Below the pieces are notes generated by a model. The model did not search any database, had not been told where the DNA came from, and saw only the letters and a program-made list of their open reading frames with translations. The position numbers and the translations under genes are program-made. A DNA stretch of 64,000 nucleotides, taken from the NCBI GenBank assembly GCA_002269645.1, contig NIVC01001129.1, positions 177,390 to 241,389 of the forward strand. Reading direction: 5' to 3'. Shown here piece after piece: positions 59,301 through 64,000 of the stretch. This DNA comes from Macrostomum lignano. Taxonomy: Eukaryota. How positions within the stretch are numbered: position 1 is the first letter of the stretch; every line of letters starts with the position of its first letter.

Positions 59301-62300
59301 TTTGGGGCTAAATTGGAATCTCGGCTTGGCTCTGCTCGTGCACTTAATGGCCTTGAGGGCCAACCCCCAAGGCACAGTGAAGTTTACATGCCTAGGGCCC
59401 CTGTACACTCCTGTGTGAGTGTGTGCCTGTGCGTATGACTGCTCAGGGGAGTCAGCGGAACGGGCAGTAATTGCCTCTCACCGGTTGCTCGACAATGTCG
59501 CTTAAAGTGCGCCAGGGTGCACACAACCCCACGCCTCTATTAATTATTAATATCACAAAGCTAAAAGTACATCCATCGATTTCCTGGAATCGCATTGGCG
59601 CAGGTGAACCACAGTCCGTCATTCGCCACCGACTCCCGGCTGGACAAAGAGATCAAGGAGGCCCTGATCTGGGACACCCTGCACCTCATCAACATTGGCG
59701 CTGTTGACAAGAAAAAAGCAATCGAAGATGAGAAACGAAAAGTTCGAGAGCGACTCTTCCAGCGCAGCAACAAGAAAGAGGCCAGGTGAGTGTCCGGGGT
59801 GTCCGAGAGTGTTACTGTCCGGCAATGGAGCCGAACCCGCTGCTCGAATGCCAAACTTTGCGGCGATGTATGAACAACAGATTTTAATAGAGAGAAACAG
59901 ATAAAAATTAACAAAAACAGACAGAAGCAGACAGAAGCAGACAGAAACAGAAACAGACAGAAGCAGACAGAAGCAGACAGAAGCAGACAGAAACAGACAG
60001 CAAGATACAGCAACATACAGAAACAGACAGAAGCAGACAGAAACAGACAGAAACAGACAGAAATAGAATGCAACAGAATGAACGACAAAACCAGAAAGAA
60101 GCAGCACACATAGAAGAGAAAATATTCAAGTAGAATTGCAGGGAGTTCGCTAAGAGAATAAACTGCAAAACGCCCCCCCCCCGGAGGGAGAGTGCATGCA
60201 CATACAAAACTGTCCTGGGTGTTTGAAACTACTTGAGAAGCTCGTGTGTGAAAGACAAGCACTTAGAATTCGAAGGTGCAGTTCTAAAGCCTACAATAGA
60301 CTTGAGTATAGACTCAAAAAAACTCTTTCAAATGCTGCTATATATTCATACCTTGGTGTGTTTGCACAATAACTGCTCAACTGCTCAATTATCTGAGTAG
60401 CTGGGAATCTGCAGCTCAACCGTTTCTCTTCGGGGTTGGCTAAAATGTAGATTTTACTCTTTTAATTTGCAGCTCCATTAATAAATTATTTACTGCAGAT
60501 TGAAGCTGTCCAGGATGCGTGTAGCACTTCCAGATTCAACTTCCAGATTCAAACCCAATAGTATCAAATTTAATGACAATAGTCAGAGCACTGCTTTAAT
60601 TTCGATTTCAGGAAGCTTCGGTGTCAATCAACAACTAGTAAAAATTTACTTTGTTAATTCGACGTAAAAGATCAACATTTTGAGAATTAAAATCATATTT
60701 ATTGTTTTTTTTAATCCAAGTTCACTAAATTTAATAAACGGCTATGGCCCTTTGACAGTCCATGTTCGAGTAACCTATGATATATGATTAATTTCGTAAC
60801 TTGGTATTAAGTCATAAAATATCATTAAGCCTTAACTAAGACCAGAAACACTTGATCAGTTTGCCGATATTTACACGTAACCTCTGTGTTGCTTACACAC
60901 ACAGTCTCATCAATGCTCAAATCAACTGATTTTTGCTGTCACAGCCATCCTGATTGATAAGCAGTTTAATTACGAGTATCATAATTATGTATTGAGGCTG
61001 ATAACTAGGACGGTCCTGAGAACCTATCTTTAAGGAGAACTAAATCCCAGCTCACTCCTCATCTTATGAACTCCCCTCGTCTCTCCTCTCCTCTCATCTC
61101 CTTTCCTCTCCTCTCCTCTCCTCTCCTCTCATCTCCTCTCCTCTCCTCTCCTCTCCTCTCCTCTCCTCTCCTCTCCTCTCATCTCCTCTCCTCTCCTCTC
61201 CTCTCCTCTCCTCTCATCTCCTTTCCTCTCCTCTCCTCTCATCTCTTCCTCTCCTCTCCTCTCATCTCCTTTCCTCTCATCTCCTCTGCTCTCACCTCCT
61301 CCCTCTCCTTTCCTCTCCTCTCCTCTTCTCTCCTCTCCTCTCATCTCCTTTCCTCTCATCTCCTCTGCTATCATCTTCTCCCCTTTCCTTTCCCCTCCTC
61401 TCCTCTGTTCTCACCAGCTCTCCTCTCCTGAGCCCTTGCAAGCCTCTCTCACCTGCAACCCACCAACTGCAGAGAGGAATTGGAACGCGAAGCGGCTCGC
61501 TTTGCCGAAGCTCAGGAGCGCTACGAGAATGATCACCTGGGCAACTACCGGCGCATCTACCCCCTGTCAACGCCGGCGGCCACTGATCGGTACGAGCGGT
61601 TTTTCACTCAGGCTGCCTCGCTGTACCAGGAGACGGCGGCAACCAAAGCCCGGGCCGACTGCGCCAGACAGCAACGCGAGGAGATTGAGAAGAAGCTGCA
61701 GTTGTTGAAGGGGCCTCAGCGTGGCGGCGGCGGCGGCGGCGGTGGAGGTGGAAGTGAAGTGCGCCAGCTGCCAGTGAGACCCGAGAGTCCGGATTCAGAT
61801 GCAGCGATGCAGACGCAGCGAAGACAGCGGCAGAGGCAGCGGCAGGGACTGTCCAATTCTCGGCAGCAGCAGAGACGGTCGCAGCAGCAGCAACAGAGGC
61901 AGCGGATGAGTCGGCGAACTGGAGCCAGTCCAGTGAGTTGCGGCCGTGTTGGTGCTGTATTGTGTGACTGAGTTGGTGCTGTAGCTTGTGGCTGAGTTGG
62001 TGCTGTATTGTGTGACTGAGTTGGTGCTGTAGCTTGTGGCTGAGTTGGTGCTGTAGCTTGTGACTGAGTTGGTGCTGTAGCTTGTGACTGAGTTGGTGCT
62101 GTAGCTTGTGACTGAGTTGGTGCTGTAGCTTGTGACTGAGTTGGTGCTGTAGCTTGTGACTGAGTTGGTGCTGTAGCTTGTGATGTTCATGCCGTACAAC
62201 CAGAAAAACGAGTCGTTATAGTGTTCTAAATAGACAAAACATCAGTACGAGCGTATTCTACTAAAAATAAGTAGAGCAAAGCGGACATGACCGTTATTTT

Positions 62301-64000
62301 ACCCACAGAGCGGTCCCGAACCCGTGTTTGACACCAGTCAGCCAGTGCCGATTGTTGACGAAGAAGAAATTCAGCGACTATCCGGTCTGCTGCAACGGGA
62401 CAGCCTAGTTCGCGGCATGGGAGTGGTGGAACTGGTCTACCGAATGCTGCACTGCACTGCCGGCACCATGGCTCTGATTCCTACTAGTTACCCGGTGACT
62501 TTGCCTGGCAACGGTATCCATGGCAACGGACCAAACGCTACTAATAATCAAACAACGCGCTCTTCATACAACGACGAATTGTCTGCTAGCAAGTTCGGAG
62601 CAGGCATGGTGACGACAGGAAATTTTCAGCATTCGCAAAGGTCCGGATCGAACCAGAGTCTGCGGCAGTCGCAGTTCGGTGGCTACCCAGCTGTTCCTGC
62701 CAGTAATGCCACCGTACCGCCGTTGTTGCCAGCCAGTCAGAGACCGTCTTATCTGCAGCAGCAACAGCAGCAGCAGCATGCTCCAGAGCTTCCAATACCA
62801 TTGTCTGCTGGCAGAGCACGCGTTGGTGCGTTTCTTAACGAAGGATGGCTAAATCAAATGATTTCTAATTTTCTCCTAAGGTTGTAAGAGAAATATTTGA
62901 GCATTAGACTAGCAATCTAGTGTCCCCCTCTGGGGCGGCCGATAAGCCAGAACTGTACTTTACATTGACTAGCATTTCATTAGTTTCCAGCGCCCATGGG
63001 AACAGCGCAAATGCAAGGCCAACACAAGGGTTCAAAAATCGGCACCCATTCGAGCATACGGTCACATGATTTCCATGGTCATTGTTAAACAACAAAAAAG
63101 AGTTCATCAAAACTTATATCGAAATTTAACAAACTTTAATTTGGTATTGCATTCCTTCAATATACCGAGGATGAACTTTTCCATTTCCAACGTCAGTTAT
63201 TTTACCCTTTAGGAAAAATTGGGACCTTTTCAATGCAGTACAGTAAGTCAATGGTCCCTTCCAAACTCATTAAGATATTCAAATAATTGGATTTTGAAAA
63301 CCTTCCTGCAATTCTAAAAGTATTTGGACAAACTGAAAGAAACCTGCTACTTTTAATTCGAGGTGCACTTTAAGCGACATTGTCGCACAACCGGCGAGAG
63401 GCATTACTGCCCATTCCACCGACTCCCCTGAGCAGGCACACAAGCGCGCGATACGTACGCAGTCATACGCACAGGCACACACGCACACAGGAGTGTACAG
63501 CGGCCCTAACTTTTTTATCGTTAGGCATGTACACTTCACTGTGCCTTGGGGGTTGGCCCTCAAGGCCGTTAATTGCACGAGCAGAGCGAAGCCAAGATTA
63601 CAATTTAGCTCCAAATTAATGCGACTGCATTTGGAATCGAGCCTGTCCGTTGTACTTGTAGGCCACTAGGCTGTAGTCTCCCATTCTCTGCTATAAAAAC
63701 TAACCTATACAGCAATCGTCCTTGTTTTGCAGGACCGCTACGGACTGGCAGGACTGGGTCACTACGGCCACCGGCAACCGCACAGTAGGGCGGTCCCAGC
63801 GGCCCTGCCAACCACCGCTCAGCAGCAGCTGGTGCAGCAGCAGCACAGCAGCAGCAGCAGAGCCAACTGTTTCCTCAAGTCAGTCTGTCGGCGGCCAACA
63901 TTCAACCAACGGCAACTCAAGCTGCGGGATTCGCCGGTCTGTCAATCATTTCCGGAGCTGCCCCGGCCGCCACAGCGGCTACGGCTGCAGCCCGGCGACA
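53751..64000 (+). CDS. TTLL6: Tubulin polyglutamylase TTLL6/TTLL13 family (3' end beyond window)
   Basis: Exons 53751-54292, 54399-54439, 54891-55009, 55092-55222, 55582-55741, 56410-56553, 57436-57524, 57933-58158, 59604-59785, 61473-61932, 62309-~62825 (donor uncertain), 63733-edge (frame uncertain). Phases match through exon 11. Motifs [60 protein letters not shown]. Confidence 0.9.
54490..54835. repeat. 21-bp minisatellite (CCGGTTTTGACAGGGGAATTA) in TTLL intron 2
   Basis: Direct. Confidence 0.9.
55305..55560. repeat. 15-bp minisatellite (CACACAGATCCCCAT) in TTLL intron 4
   Basis: Direct. Confidence 0.92.
55769..56372. repeat. (CTAA)n microsatellite, ~600 bp, filling TTLL intron 5
   Basis: Direct. 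Confidence 0.97.
57148..57320. repeat. 20-bp minisatellite (GTGGTACCTGTTAGATAGGA) in TTLL intron 6
   Basis: Direct. Confidence 0.88.
58111..58357 (+). repeat. Triplication of TTLL exon-8 3' end plus splice donor (71-bp unit)
   Basis: GGATTTGACATTTTG...CTGGAG|GTGAGTCACCGCTAGGCCGGGAT, with donors at 58159, 58230 and 58316. Confidence 0.93.
59275..59520 (-). repeat. Dispersed ~150-300 bp repeat family ('family A', SINE- or MITE-arm-like)
   Basis: Core ...GGCATGT(A/G)CACT..CTGTGCCTTGGGG(G/C)TGGCCCTC... is also seen at ~8495, 9000 (-), 10003 (-), 23940, 24720 (-), 27234 (-), 29065, 33755, 34335 (-), 36906 (-), 38760, 57690 and 63370. Confidence 0.75.
59925..60065. repeat. 10-bp repeat (AGACAGAAGC/AGACAGAAAC) in TTLL intron 9
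   Basis: Direct. Confidence 0.88.
61075..61430. repeat. (CTCTC)n pyrimidine tract before TTLL exon 10
   Basis: Direct. Confidence 0.95.
61950..62185. repeat. 24-bp minisatellite (TGACTGAGTTGGTGCTGTAGCTTG) in TTLL intron 10
   Basis: Direct. Confidence 0.92.

Overview
Eukaryotic, intron-containing and repeat-rich DNA, probably from an invertebrate. The minisatellite-dense style is reminiscent of flatworms such as Macrostomum, but that is inference only. Bases 1-47 kb hold a tandem array of five secreted lectin genes, each signal peptide + F-type lectin (fucolectin/F5-8C) domain + PAN/apple-like domain in four exons joined by phase-1 introns. Four copies are near-identical in exons 2-4 (copy 3 has lost a splice acceptor, copy 4 is frameshifted) and the fifth is divergent. 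The array carries many mobile elements: a 5'-truncated Ty3/Gypsy retrotransposon, three solo-LTR families, several MITE-like elements, fold-back/minisatellite modules, and a ~4.1 kb near-complete DIRS-order (tyrosine-recombinase) retrotransposon. Bases 48-64 kb hold a two-exon CKS1 gene (minus strand, with a Merlin element in its intron) head-to-head with a TTLL6/13-type tubulin polyglutamylase that runs off the window. The most interesting object is the DIRS-order element. Its sequence suggests a retrovirus-like three-product strategy: Gag; Gag-Pol via an A_AAA_AAC -1 frameshift; and a spliced Gag(SAP/coiled-coil)-recombinase fusion via a phase-matched G|GTGAGT ... TTTTACAG|G intron. Its two ends are complementary through stems in which every non-Watson-Crick pair is a G.U wobble. 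All of this comes from manual reading; no alignments or database searches were run.
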